Below are positions 1-9,206 of a stretch of 64,000 nucleotides of DNA, in pieces (positions within the stretch are counted from its first letter, which is position 1; every line of letters starts with the position of its first letter). The translations under genes and the position numbers were made by a program. The DNA lies in NCBI GenBank assembly GCA_045629665.1, contig JAZQRQ010000073.1:7892-71891 (forward strand), given 5' to 3'. The DNA comes from Faecalimonas sp. Its GTDB lineage: Bacteria > Bacillota > Clostridia > Lachnospirales > Lachnospiraceae. The notes beneath the pieces were generated by a model. The model was not told where the DNA came from, did not search any database, and saw only the letters and a program-made list of their open reading frames with translations.

Positions 1-1
1 C

Positions 2-244
2 GACGCCCTGATGATTTACAATTATCAGCTCATTGTAAATTTCCTGTGGTCGATTTTCTTCTTCAACTTCGAATGGCGCCTGTTCTCATTTTTCTGGATA
101 CTACTCTTATGGGTGCTGATTATCCTGATGATACGGCAGTTCGACAAGATTTCGAAGACGGCTGCGTACTTGAATCTTCCATACCTATTATGGGTCACGT
201 TTGCGGCGTATTTGAACTTTGGCGTTTGGTGGTTGAATCGATAG
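2..244 (+). CDS. TspO/MBR family tryptophan-rich sensory protein, 5'-truncated by the window edge
   Basis: Hydrophobic Trp-rich C-terminal half (QLIVNFLWSIFFF, LNLPYLLWVTFAAYLN) typical of TspO; frame stays open to the window start. Confidence 0.85.
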   Translation, partial: DALMIYNYQLIVNFLWSIFFFNFEWRLFSFFWILLLWVLIILMIRQFDKISKTAAYLNLPYLLWVTFAAYLNFGVWWLNR

Positions 245-293
245 AAAAAATGCATTAAAATACTCATATACGATTTTGAGAGGAAGCGATTTT

Positions 294-1139
294 TTGAAAA
301 CCGGACTTGTATTGGAAGGCGGCGGCATGCGTGGCATTTACACCGCAGGAATATTAGATGCATTTATGGAACATGATATCAATTTTGACGGAGTAATCGG
401 TGTCTCTGCCGGGGCTATTCACGGCTGCTCCTTCGTGTCTCGTCAGAAAGGCCGCAGTATTCGCTATTATAAGAAATACTGCAAGGACCCGCGTTTTATG
501 AGTTTCAAGAGCCTCATTACCACAGGCGATTTTGTCGGGGCGGATTTCTGTTATCATGAACTGCCGGAGAAATTGGATGTGTATGACAACGATGCATTTC
601 TGGCTTCATCGACTGATTTCTATGTCACTTGCACAGATTTGGAAACCGGTAAAGCCGTAAACCATCTGGTTAAAGATATGTTCAAAGAAGTGGACTATCT
701 GCGCGCCTCTGCCTCTCTTCCACATTTTTCACGAATCGTAGAAATAGGCGGAAAGAAATACCTAGATGGTGCAGTTACCGACAGCATCCCTGTTCTCGCC
801 TTTCAGGAAATAGGCTACCAACGTAATGTTGTTGTTTTGACGCGCGAGGATGGTTATGTGAAGAAAGCAGAAATGCCATGGCTTGCGAGACTCGCTTACC
901 GCAAATATCCAAAATTCGTAAAGGCGTTGCAAAATCGCCACGTGATGTACAATGATTCTTTGGCCAAACTCAAAGAAATGGAGCAAGAAGGCACCGTGCT
1001 GGTCATTCGCCCGGCGGCTTCCTTGAATATCGGTCGATTGGAAAACAACCCTGGGAAGATACAGGAAATATATGATGTCGGGTATCAGGATGGGTTGAAG
1101 ATGACGGAGAAGGTGAAAGAGTTTCTTGCTGCAGAATAA
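294..1139 (+). CDS. Patatin-like phospholipase family protein
   Basis: GGGMRG glycine loop, GVSAG nucleophile elbow, DGAV catalytic Asp motif; TTG start at 294 follows a GAGAGG RBS. Confidence 0.9.
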   Translation: MKTGLVLEGGGMRGIYTAGILDAFMEHDINFDGVIGVSAGAIHGCSFVSRQKGRSIRYYKKYCKDPRFMSFKSLITTGDFVGADFCYHELPEKLDVYDNDAFLASSTDFYVTCTDLETGKAVNHLVKDMFKEVDYLRASASLPHFSRIVEIGGKKYLDGAVTDSIPVLAFQEIGYQRNVVVLTREDGYVKKAEMPWLARLAYRKYPKFVKALQNRHVMYNDSLAKLKEMEQEGTVLVIRPAASLNIGRLENNPGKIQEIYDVGYQDGLKMTEKVKEFLAAE

Positions 1140-1145
1140 AAATTT

Positions 1146-1176
1146 ACAGCTACTGGGGTGTCCTCAGTAGCTGTTT
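1146..1176. terminator. Probable bidirectional intrinsic terminator
   Basis: ACAGCTACTG (1146-1155) / CAGTAGCTGT (1165-1174) stem between convergent genes, with A/T-rich flanks. Confidence 0.75.
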
Positions 1177-1187
1177 ATGTATATACC

Positions 1188-1646
1188 CTAAACCACTTGC
1201 TTCAATATCTGATAAATGGCCCTTCCATCCTCTCGTCCAAATTCATGCAATGAACCCGTATACAGAATTCTTGGCGTTTTCATGTCTTGCTTCTCTATGA
1301 ATTTTAAAATATTATCCGTTTTTTCTTCGTATTCTGTTCCCTCAAAAGTTCTTATGATTTTATTTACAAATTCCCTGTGTTCTTTTATTCTCGCTTGCTC
1401 CGAATCTATATTCAGGCTTCTCACTTTCTCATGTATTAACCTTCTGCGAGTCACATCCTCTGGTGCGTTTAATGACAACAGTGCGTTTTCTATCATATCT
1501 ATGTACTCCGCACGAATCTTTTCACAACTCTGACTATAAAAAATAACAAGCGTATCGTTTTCTTTTAGATATTCCGCACCTTTGAGTCCGTCGGTTGTAA
1601 ATACATTCTCATAATCTACCAGTATTGTTGCCAATGATTTCACCAC
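1188..1646 (-). CDS. PIN-like (NYN/PIN7-type) domain protein, probably internally deleted
   Basis: N-terminal ILVDYENV...GLKG...LVIFYS fits PIN-like domains; the central KNALDF-type segment expected in this family is absent. Confidence 0.5.
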   Translation of the reverse strand: MVKSLATILVDYENVFTTDGLKGAEYLKENDTLVIFYSQSCEKIRAEYIDMIENALLSLNAPEDVTRRRLIHEKVRSLNIDSEQARIKEHREFVNKIIRTFEGTEYEEKTDNILKFIEKQDMKTPRILYTGSLHEFGREDGRAIYQILKQVV

Positions 1647-1655
1647 CTTATTGTT

Positions 1656-2647
1656 TTATAAAATTTCAATTTCTTTATTGACTAATCTATTTAATATACC
1701 CTTTACAATTATTTTGTCCTCTATCTTGTTAATGGCGAAGCACTTTTTTCCCGCATCTTTCAATGATGCACCAATATGATACACACATTTTTCATCTAGG
1801 ATTAAAAACCTATCGTGAAACACGTTTGTATAACTTACCTCTAGTGATGGATATTGGTGATTAAAGTTATCTATATCTTCTTGAGACAATTTTGTTTTTT
1901 TTAACGTATACATAAGTACCTCTACGTTAGGATTCTTTTTGGCCAAAATATTCAAGGTTCCAATATCAACATAATTGTCTATCAGTACGATTGTCTTTTC
2001 TGCTTTGGATACTAATTGGGTGAGCAAACTAAACGCATCATATATTTGTCCTTCGAAGAAGATTTTTTGAGATACTTCTTTGTGTTCGGATATATAATTA
2101 AAAATTTCTTCGAAATTTTTTTCTGTTTTTTCTTCAAATTGTTGCCTTTTTATGTCTCCCTCAATTTGCATACTTTCTAACTGATTTACCTTCTCCAATA
2201 AAAATGTATCATGTGCTAAATATCGTCGCATCTCCACAAAAGTTTTCATAATACGTACGCTAACTTTCACCGCAATTTCACTTCTCAAAACAGCAGAAAG
2301 CATTGCTATTCCTTGTTCCGTATAAACGTATGGTAATTTTCGTCTACCCCCATACCCATTATCCTCTCTTTGAAAACTTGAAGTTCCAAATTGGAACTTC
2401 AAGTTTTCATACTCCGCTTTTGTTAACTGAAAACAGAACTCTTCAGGAAAACGATTTATATTTCTCTTCATTGCCTTATTTAGGTTTTTGTCTCTACTTG
2501 ATACAAAACTGCTAAATCACTATCTAGCATTACCTGTTGTCCGCGTACTACATATATTAAGTTTTTAATTGTTTTTTCTGTAATTTCCAAATTAGCTAAC
2601 GGTTCTTCCTCCTGAATTACAACTTCCATCTTTTCTTTCTCATCCAT
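1656..2647 (-). pseudogene. ORF6N-domain protein with C-terminal PLD-like motif, split by a 1-nt frameshift
   Basis: Frame from ATG 2647 (after GAAAGGGG RBS) gives ...NLIYVVRGQQVMLDSDLAVLYQVETKT*; the adjacent frame continues LNKAMKRNINRFPEEFCFQLT. The break is in an A5 run (T5 at 2485-2489). C-terminus has FHDRFLILD...GASLKD. Confidence 0.85.
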
Positions 2648-2794
2648 ATTTGCTTCCCCTTTCTTTTTTGGGTTGAAATTTAAAACCTCAAGTTTTTAAA
2701 TTTCATCTCTGCTCTATCAACAAACAAAGCCGCAGCAATTGCCACGGCTTCATTCTATAATTAATGCCTGTGTTACCAACATTTTTTCACTCAT

Positions 2795-2858
2795 AAAAAA
2801 ATCCTCCCTGAAATTTGTCTCTAAAGTTTTATCTCTAAAAACAATTTTAAGGGAGGAT
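2795..2858 (-). terminator. Long imperfect inverted repeat, probable terminator of the XRE gene
   Basis: ATCCTCCCTGAAATTTGT (2801-2818) vs ACAATTTTAAGGGAGGAT (2841-2858), followed by T6 on the minus strand. Confidence 0.55.
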
Positions 2859-2891
2859 ATTACATTTGTCATTGAACTTGTAGTTCAATTT

Positions 2892-3212
2892 TTATGCAGC
2901 ACGTAGCGCATTTAATTTTTCATAATACGCATATAATCTTCTATCACGCAAATCAAGCGTTTCTAATAAGATGCTTGGTACAATCGGTGCTCGATTACCA
3001 CGCACAATTGCATCAATTGGTAATTGGAACAATGCGCTAAGAGCGTATAAATTATCAATCGTTGGCATATTGACGCCATCAATCCAACGATATACACTCT
3101 GCACACACCCTAAGCCAAGATATTCCTGCACGTCCCTTGCAGTTATACCACGCTCATCCATAATTCTGCGCAAATTAATTCCTGTTTCTCGTTTGTTGAT
3201 TAATGGGAACAT
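2892..3212 (-). CDS. XRE-family helix-turn-helix transcriptional regulator
   Basis: GINLRRIMDERGITARDVQEYLGLGCVQSVYRWIDGVNMPTIDNL HTH pattern; ATG 3212 after GAAAGGAAGG. Confidence 0.85.
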   Translation of the reverse strand: MFPLINKRETGINLRRIMDERGITARDVQEYLGLGCVQSVYRWIDGVNMPTIDNLYALSALFQLPIDAIVRGNRAPIVPSILLETLDLRDRRLYAYYEKLNALRAA

Positions 3213-3238
3213 ATAACACCTTCCCTTCCTTTCTGAAA

Positions 3239-3973
3239 TCATATTGTAAAACTACCGATATAAGCATATCCTTTTAATTCCTTCGCGCTGTCTGCCTTGA
3301 AGAAACGGAACGTATCTTCATTTGCAACGTACATATGCGCCAACGCGATACCCATGTCAATCTGATTCATGTCGCCAAGCACTTTCGCCTTAAACAATCC
3401 CTGAAGTGCGCAGTATGCGTGGATGGTGTCGCCCTCGTGAGTGAAATACCACGGCTGACTGTTTACGCTGGATGGCGCAAATCGTGCCGGCTCCAGTCTC
3501 TCGTCCTGCTCATCGGAAATTTCCGCAAGGCTCTTACGCTTGAACTCGCCGGTTGAGCCTCGATACAATTCACCCTTCGGCTCACCAAACGCTAACATCA
3601 TAACAAATTCAAGACCGTCATCATTTTTCGTCTCGACAATACCTTGTGCGCTGAGTTTGCCCATTCCGAGCCAGCATACTCCCAAACCGATGCTGTGCAG
3701 GTAAAGGTCGAGTTGTTGGAACATGAAACCAACATTTACTAAGGCACCCTCTTTGTCCTCCGTGAAAATGGTGATTAACTGCGGCGTTGTCCATGGGCAA
3801 ATGCATTTCACATTTTCCCTGCTGACAATCTCCGAACGCACCCTGATGTCCGGATATAATAGTTGAATGGTTGTTGTAAATTCTTGTATCTTTTGAATTG
3901 TCGCTTCGTCCACCGGGATGTTCGTGTAACTGCGGGTGGATTTGCGACAGTAGATTAAGTCTTTTAGGTTCAT
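3239..3973 (-). CDS. Nitroreductase family protein
   Basis: IYCRKSTRSY FMN-binding start, GLGVCWLG, and FAPSSVNSQPW motif. Confidence 0.85.
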   Translation of the reverse strand: MNLKDLIYCRKSTRSYTNIPVDEATIQKIQEFTTTIQLLYPDIRVRSEIVSRENVKCICPWTTPQLITIFTEDKEGALVNVGFMFQQLDLYLHSIGLGVCWLGMGKLSAQGIVETKNDDGLEFVMMLAFGEPKGELYRGSTGEFKRKSLAEISDEQDERLEPARFAPSSVNSQPWYFTHEGDTIHAYCALQGLFKAKVLGDMNQIDMGIALAHMYVANEDTFRFFKADSAKELKGYAYIGSFTI

Positions 3974-4017
3974 GGTGTGGCTCCTTTTTAACTTTATTAC
4001 ATTTCAATATATGAAAA

Positions 4018-4773
4018 TTACTTCTTATATTCTTCGCACTGGTATCTTGGCTTACCCTGGCTGCGTTTTCCATATTCAATCGCCTCCGTCGGACATCCGC
4101 AAATGCACGCCATGCAGTGCGTACACGCATCGCCCCACACCGGCTTGCCATCCTTTATGGAAATGTTGTTTAGCACGCACACCTTCGCACATTTCCCGCA
4201 TCCAATGCAGGCGTCCGTTGTATAAAATGACTTCGCCTTGACAAATAACTTGTAGAAAATTGGGTTGAGTGGTCCAGATTTGAACTTATCCGCCAAATTC
4301 ACCTTCGGTTCAAGGAAACGCTCTCCCTTTCGAACCGTTCTGACCACCTTTAAAAGCGAGCGTTTCGCTACAAACACAATGCGTTTCGCAAGCTCCGGCT
4401 GTGGCACCTCAAACATCGCAATGTAGTTCTCCGGCATCACCACCGGCAAAACGCCTCGGTAATTCAATCCTACTTCCTCGCATAATTTCGCAATCTTCTC
4501 ACTCGCATTTCCGATGTCGTTGCCGCAAGTCATCACAAAATACGCTTCCTTGCAGCCCTCGAAACGCGCCGTCCGAATAAATTCTTCGAATACGTGTGGC
4601 AATTGCCAGCAGTACGTCGGCGACACAAACACCCACGGCGTCCCCGAAACCAACTCCGCCGCGATTCCGTTTTTAATATGGTAAAAAGAATCAAATAATT
4701 CTTCCTCTAACTTGTCCGCAAGCATCTGTGCACAGTATCTGCTGTTGCCTGTTCCTGAAAAATAGATGATCAT
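4018..4773 (-). CDS. EFR1-family ferrodoxin (flavodoxin plus 2x[4Fe-4S])
   Basis: YFSGTGNS flavodoxin loop; CIGCGKCAKVC and CTHCMACICGCP ferredoxin motifs. Confidence 0.9.
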   Translation of the reverse strand: MIIYFSGTGNSRYCAQMLADKLEEELFDSFYHIKNGIAAELVSGTPWVFVSPTYCWQLPHVFEEFIRTARFEGCKEAYFVMTCGNDIGNASEKIAKLCEEVGLNYRGVLPVVMPENYIAMFEVPQPELAKRIVFVAKRSLLKVVRTVRKGERFLEPKVNLADKFKSGPLNPIFYKLFVKAKSFYTTDACIGCGKCAKVCVLNNISIKDGKPVWGDACTHCMACICGCPTEAIEYGKRSQGKPRYQCEEYKK

Positions 4774-4887
4774 GTTAGTTCTCTCCTTTGTGGTGCACTT
4801 GTGCCCCGTGGAAATATCTGTATTTGTTTGCTACTATAGCGTACTTTAACTCAAATGACATTTTACGAATACTTTCGTATGTATACA

Positions 4888-5682
4888 TTATGCACCTCGA
4901 AAAATCACATCATTATGATATTCTATAAACTGACGTCCTGGATAAAATCTATCTGGTAGAATAATTTGTTTACCTTCATAGGAAAGCAACCATTCCTTTG
5001 ACTCTTTATCCATATCTGCATCCTTCAACACCTTCGAATTGAGAATGCAATAGTTTTTATCAATAGTAATCAACCCTTTATCAAAAGCCTTGTCATGGAG
5101 AGCATTGAGACACAGTCCATTGCTAGGATTGGTTCTTTCAGTCTTTTCATCACTATCTAGCCATGGTTTAATATGACTAGCAATTAAAACATTTGGCAAT
5201 TCCATTCCTGTGACACAACATCTATTCCTGTATGCAGAAAGTACCGACATTCTAAAGAAGTATTGCCCCACTCTTGCCTTCATTGCTTGTTCACGATATT
5301 TACCATCTGGCAGTTTCACTATTTCTTCTACATCGTCAATCTCGGCAACTTCTTCAATCGTCGTTTGACTCATCTTAGCTTTAATTATTTGTGCCTGATA
5401 AGATAACTCTGTCCAATCTTTAGCAAATTCTTGAAATATTTCTCCATCTAGCTTGCTAGCATTCGACATCCCAGAAACATTCCTTGCTCTTAATTCGGGG
5501 TCAAAATGTGCAAGATTCGCCATTTTCAATCCTACAGAACTAGGTGTTCTTCCTAGCAAGTTAGCCAATGCAATAATATCCTTATTTGCTTTGCTAATCT
5601 TTGAAAAGGGTATTTTACAGTATAAATCAAAAGCTAAAATTGTTTCTTCTCTAGTCCATTTTACACGATATTTTTCTGCCAT
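4888..5682 (-). CDS. HNH endonuclease (putative restriction endonuclease)
   Basis: RCCVTG...LIASHIKPW...NPSNGLCLNALHDKAFDKGLITID HNH signature; N-terminal WTREETILAFDLY helical domain. Confidence 0.85.
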   Translation of the reverse strand: MAEKYRVKWTREETILAFDLYCKIPFSKISKANKDIIALANLLGRTPSSVGLKMANLAHFDPELRARNVSGMSNASKLDGEIFQEFAKDWTELSYQAQIIKAKMSQTTIEEVAEIDDVEEIVKLPDGKYREQAMKARVGQYFFRMSVLSAYRNRCCVTGMELPNVLIASHIKPWLDSDEKTERTNPSNGLCLNALHDKAFDKGLITIDKNYCILNSKVLKDADMDKESKEWLLSYEGKQIILPDRFYPGRQFIEYHNDVIFRGA

Positions 5683-5714
5683 ACATTCACTCCGTATTTA
5701 ATAAACAATAAATT

Positions 5715-6647
5715 TTACATTTCTATTGGTTCATGATAGTTACACTTAGTTCTATCAAAGTAACCTTCGCATCCCCAAAACCAATTGTATCCACGCCTTA
5801 GCACTAATGTCCTTCCACAGTTCGGACATTTTCTTTTTAAACGCACAGATGCTCTCTCATCAATACCCTCTCTTATATTCGGAGTATAAATCTCCGGCAT
5901 GGAATGCATGTTCCCTGTTTGAAAATAATAATTTTCTGCATCCATTTTTGTTCTTCCATTTAACATCGCACTTTGTGGTATAATGCGCCCTTCTTTTATT
6001 AATTTAACTAGTTCGCTATGATAAATAAAGCCCGGAAAATCATATGTCCAATTTTTTCTATAAATAGTTTCAATCAAAATATCCCTGATATTACTTGGAA
6101 TTTCATTTTCTCTTTGATATAGAAGCTTTTTCTCTTTCATCAACCCTTCACCATCTGGTGTGAATCTAACCAACACAGTATAATCGTATTTGGCTGTTCC
6201 TTCCAAAAGATTTGGGATGTACTCTCCTTTTTTATTCCAATCTTTGGTTTCCAACAGCAATAAATCCCCATATGATTTTGTTGATTTTACAGAAAAATGT
6301 TTACCTTGACAATCCAAATCAAAGGAATCCCATTTGCCCAACTTATATTCTGAAATATCCGGTTTGTCTACATCTATATGACGACTTGTTAAATAGCGAT
6401 ATAGCGCAAACTCCGCCATTTTCCCTTGAAAAGTATTGATGAATATTTGCCCCATTGTTCTATGCATCACTCCACCACTTCTGGAATCTCTGTGGGCACC
6501 CTTTTTCGCATAAGACATATTATAGGCAAAATTAAAACATTCTCCTTTGTCTGATTGTAGCATAGTTGCATATGCCAAAAAGTGTTTCTTTTTTTGTACG
6601 TAGTAGTTATTTAACTCTATACGAAGTTCACCTGCTTCATAATCCAT
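5715..6647 (-). CDS. Putative PD-(D/E)XK restriction endonuclease with C-terminal C4 zinc ribbon
   Basis: QGKMAEF...WDSFDL...SVKSTK fits a PD-(D/E)XK core; C-terminal CPNCGRTLVLRRG...FWGCEGY...C resembles the topoisomerase-type zinc ribbon; 13 nt downstream of the C5 MTase. Confidence 0.55.
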   Translation of the reverse strand: MDYEAGELRIELNNYYVQKKKHFLAYATMLQSDKGECFNFAYNMSYAKKGAHRDSRSGGVMHRTMGQIFINTFQGKMAEFALYRYLTSRHIDVDKPDISEYKLGKWDSFDLDCQGKHFSVKSTKSYGDLLLLETKDWNKKGEYIPNLLEGTAKYDYTVLVRFTPDGEGLMKEKKLLYQRENEIPSNIRDILIETIYRKNWTYDFPGFIYHSELVKLIKEGRIIPQSAMLNGRTKMDAENYYFQTGNMHSMPEIYTPNIREGIDERASVRLKRKCPNCGRTLVLRRGYNWFWGCEGYFDRTKCNYHEPIEM

Positions 6648-6660
6648 TTACTTTTTCCTC

Positions 6661-7629
6661 TTATACACAACTCTTATATGCTTCTGCTATTTTTCCTGCT
6701 ATACGCTGTATTACCGATACACACACAGAATTACCAGCCTGCTTGTATAATCTCGCATCGCTCATATCGGTTGGTAGTTTGAATTTTTTAGGAAATCCCT
6801 GTGTGTTAAAACATTCATGCGGAGTCATTTTTCTAATTCCATGCATTGTTTTTATCAAGCATACATTATGACCACCTTCACCCTGATTTGCCGTAAGTGT
6901 AGGAACTACTCCACTTTTATTTTTTCTTACATATTTTCTTCTCCACTGATAAATAGCATTTTCATCATCCATTGCTTCGACAAGCTGTTTGTATATATCT
7001 CCTTTGTATTTTCCATCTGTATAATAATATTTTTCATCGACTAAATTTTTGAAATCAATAATATCAGAAAGTTTCTTTTTCAATGGTACAGGTAAAGGAA
7101 ATTCGAAGCTCTTATATTGTTCAATATCTTTGAAAGCCACAATATAGATTCTTTCTCTATTCTGTGGAATGTTTCCATATTCCATTGCATTTAAAACGGC
7201 ATATTTTACATGATAATTTTCTTTTTGTAATTCATCTACAATGACTGCAAAGGTATTTCCATTGTCATGTCCAACCAAATTCTTTACATTCTCCAAAAAA
7301 ACTATTTGAGGCTGCTTTGCTTTTATTATGCGTACCAATTCAAAAAACAAGGTCCCCCTACCTTTTTCATCATCAAATCCTTTTCTATATCCTGCAACGC
7401 TAAATGCTTGGCAAGGAAAACCAGCTAACATCACATCGAAATCCGGTATTTCTTCATTCTTTACTTCATGTATATCCCTACAATCTACCTTAACCTTGCT
7501 ATTTAACTCATAAGTCTTTACTGGATATGGATCAATTTCGTTTGCATAAATAACTTTAAATAATTTTGCACTCTCGAATCCAATATCTATTCCTCCCACT
7601 CCAGCGAAAAAGGATGCACATCTCAACAT
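6661..7629 (-). CDS. DNA (cytosine-5) methyltransferase, Bsp6I/LlaDII/NgoFVII-like (GCNGC/GCSGC family)
   Basis: Motifs FAGVGG, GFPCQAFS, ENVKNL, QNRERI, QAGNSV; target region YQWRRKYVRKNKSGVVPTLTAN closely resembles M.Bsp6I as recalled. Confidence 0.92.
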   Translation of the reverse strand: MLRCASFFAGVGGIDIGFESAKLFKVIYANEIDPYPVKTYELNSKVKVDCRDIHEVKNEEIPDFDVMLAGFPCQAFSVAGYRKGFDDEKGRGTLFFELVRIIKAKQPQIVFLENVKNLVGHDNGNTFAVIVDELQKENYHVKYAVLNAMEYGNIPQNRERIYIVAFKDIEQYKSFEFPLPVPLKKKLSDIIDFKNLVDEKYYYTDGKYKGDIYKQLVEAMDDENAIYQWRRKYVRKNKSGVVPTLTANQGEGGHNVCLIKTMHGIRKMTPHECFNTQGFPKKFKLPTDMSDARLYKQAGNSVCVSVIQRIAGKIAEAYKSCV

Positions 7630-7659
7630 AAATAATTCCTCCTAAATTCAACTACTGAT

Positions 7660-7688
7660 ATCATACCAAAAATCGCGGCGCGCCGCAA
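7660..7688 (-). promoter_or_regulatory. Sigma-A promoter of the C5 MTase overlapping a palindrome of two GCSGC sites
   Basis: Minus strand TTGCGG (7688-7683), 17 bp, TG-n-TATGAT (7665-7660); perfect palindrome GCGGCGCGCCGC at 7675-7686. Confidence 0.75.
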
Positions 7689-7720
7689 TGAATTTTTATA
7701 AAAAAGAAGACCAGATTTCC

Positions 7721-8935
7721 CTAGTCTTTTTCCTCTCCGTAAAATTGTTCATATGTTCCTACTTCAGCAAAATCAATTGAATAATCCAATTCTGCATTTT
7801 TAGTAAAAATAACACTGTCAACACCGAACAACTCCAACATTTCATATGTAATAACTGTACCTTCAGGTACTTCAAAAACATCTCTTAACAACCATTTCCC
7901 GAGCACCTTGTTTGGATTGCTCATTACCGATTTCCCAACCAACGCATTGTTCTTGTCTGCCTCTTGACATACCTTTGCAGATATTGCGGTTCCATCCGGC
8001 AAATGCAAAGTAAATGGAGTATCTCTTGGTGGAAAGAAAATTAAATCTCTTTGTCTATCTACCGCCTGATAAGGAATGTATATTTCATTTACATCTCTCG
8101 CTCGACCAGCTGCATTCCATTGATTTAATCCACTCTTTTCTGCAACAAACTTTTCTTTATCAGGTCCTCTTCTGGAATACAATGGCAAGCACAACATTGG
8201 TTTGTTATCCATTTTCATTTTTGGTATCGCCTCAAATTCTTTTACAATGCCTTCTCTATTAGTTAGCCAATCAAATTTAGGGTTACTTCCCGAATTTGAA
8301 CGCGCGAAAGATAGTAAAATTCTATAAGGATCTTCTACTACATTTACCTCAAATGAATCTAACAATTTTAAGTCATCAAATATCATATATAATGTGTTCT
8401 TTGACACACTGAAATGATATGTATGCTGTCCATCTGTAAAATATGTGTTATTATCATTGCCCCTATTAGGAATTATTTTAATGGAATCTATATCAATATA
8501 ATCAAATGCACATTCTAAAATTTGCATCATGTTTGGAACACGCTTGACAACATGATATATCATCTGTTCTATACCATGAAGCCTTTTAGTAACCCTTATT
8601 CTCTCATTTCTATACTCAGCAATTCTTTTTACAAGTTCAATCCCTGTAAGTTCTGAATAATTCTTCTTCAGTTTACCAAACTCTGCTACCTTCTGGTCAT
8701 CATTTCCAGTCCATGTTTTGAGTCCAATTCCAATACCATCTTTTTTAGCATCGGCAGAACAATCTGAACGCGCTAGGTTTTCAGCTTCTAAATATCTGCA
8801 GAAAATATTTTCATGCGCTCGATATGCCAAATATGGACAATCACTTTCAGAAAAGAGATTTGACAACTGTCCCATTATTCGAAGCATTTCTTTGTAATTT
8901 TGTTTATTTAAAAAAGGTTGTTTATCGTAAAACAT
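7721..8935 (-). CDS. NgoFVII-family restriction endonuclease (PD-(D/E)XK domain plus B3-like domain)
   Basis: LSNLFSESDCPYLAYRAHENIF, SADAKKDGIGIGLKTW, KSGLNQWNAAGRARDVNEIYIP, SNPNKVLGKWL; ATG 8935 after GAAGGAG. Confidence 0.8.
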   Translation of the reverse strand: MFYDKQPFLNKQNYKEMLRIMGQLSNLFSESDCPYLAYRAHENIFCRYLEAENLARSDCSADAKKDGIGIGLKTWTGNDDQKVAEFGKLKKNYSELTGIELVKRIAEYRNERIRVTKRLHGIEQMIYHVVKRVPNMMQILECAFDYIDIDSIKIIPNRGNDNNTYFTDGQHTYHFSVSKNTLYMIFDDLKLLDSFEVNVVEDPYRILLSFARSNSGSNPKFDWLTNREGIVKEFEAIPKMKMDNKPMLCLPLYSRRGPDKEKFVAEKSGLNQWNAAGRARDVNEIYIPYQAVDRQRDLIFFPPRDTPFTLHLPDGTAISAKVCQEADKNNALVGKSVMSNPNKVLGKWLLRDVFEVPEGTVITYEMLELFGVDSVIFTKNAELDYSIDFAEVGTYEQFYGEEKD

Positions 8936-9206
8936 ATCGCCTTCTCCTTTCAGATGTTTCAACACAACTTGTTTTTTTATTTTAACACTTGTACTAATAT
9001 TTAGCAATCTCGTATCTTTTCAAAACATTTATTCAGATTATTCTTTTATATGAAAAAGTAGAATCGAATATAAATAAATTTTCTATAACTACTGCACCCA
9101 AATGCTAGACTAAAACGATTTTCGTTATAATGTAAATTGTACGCCAAAAATCGTTCGTTCACGTGTCTATATATAATATAAACCTATAAAAAGGAGGTGA
9201 ATTCAA

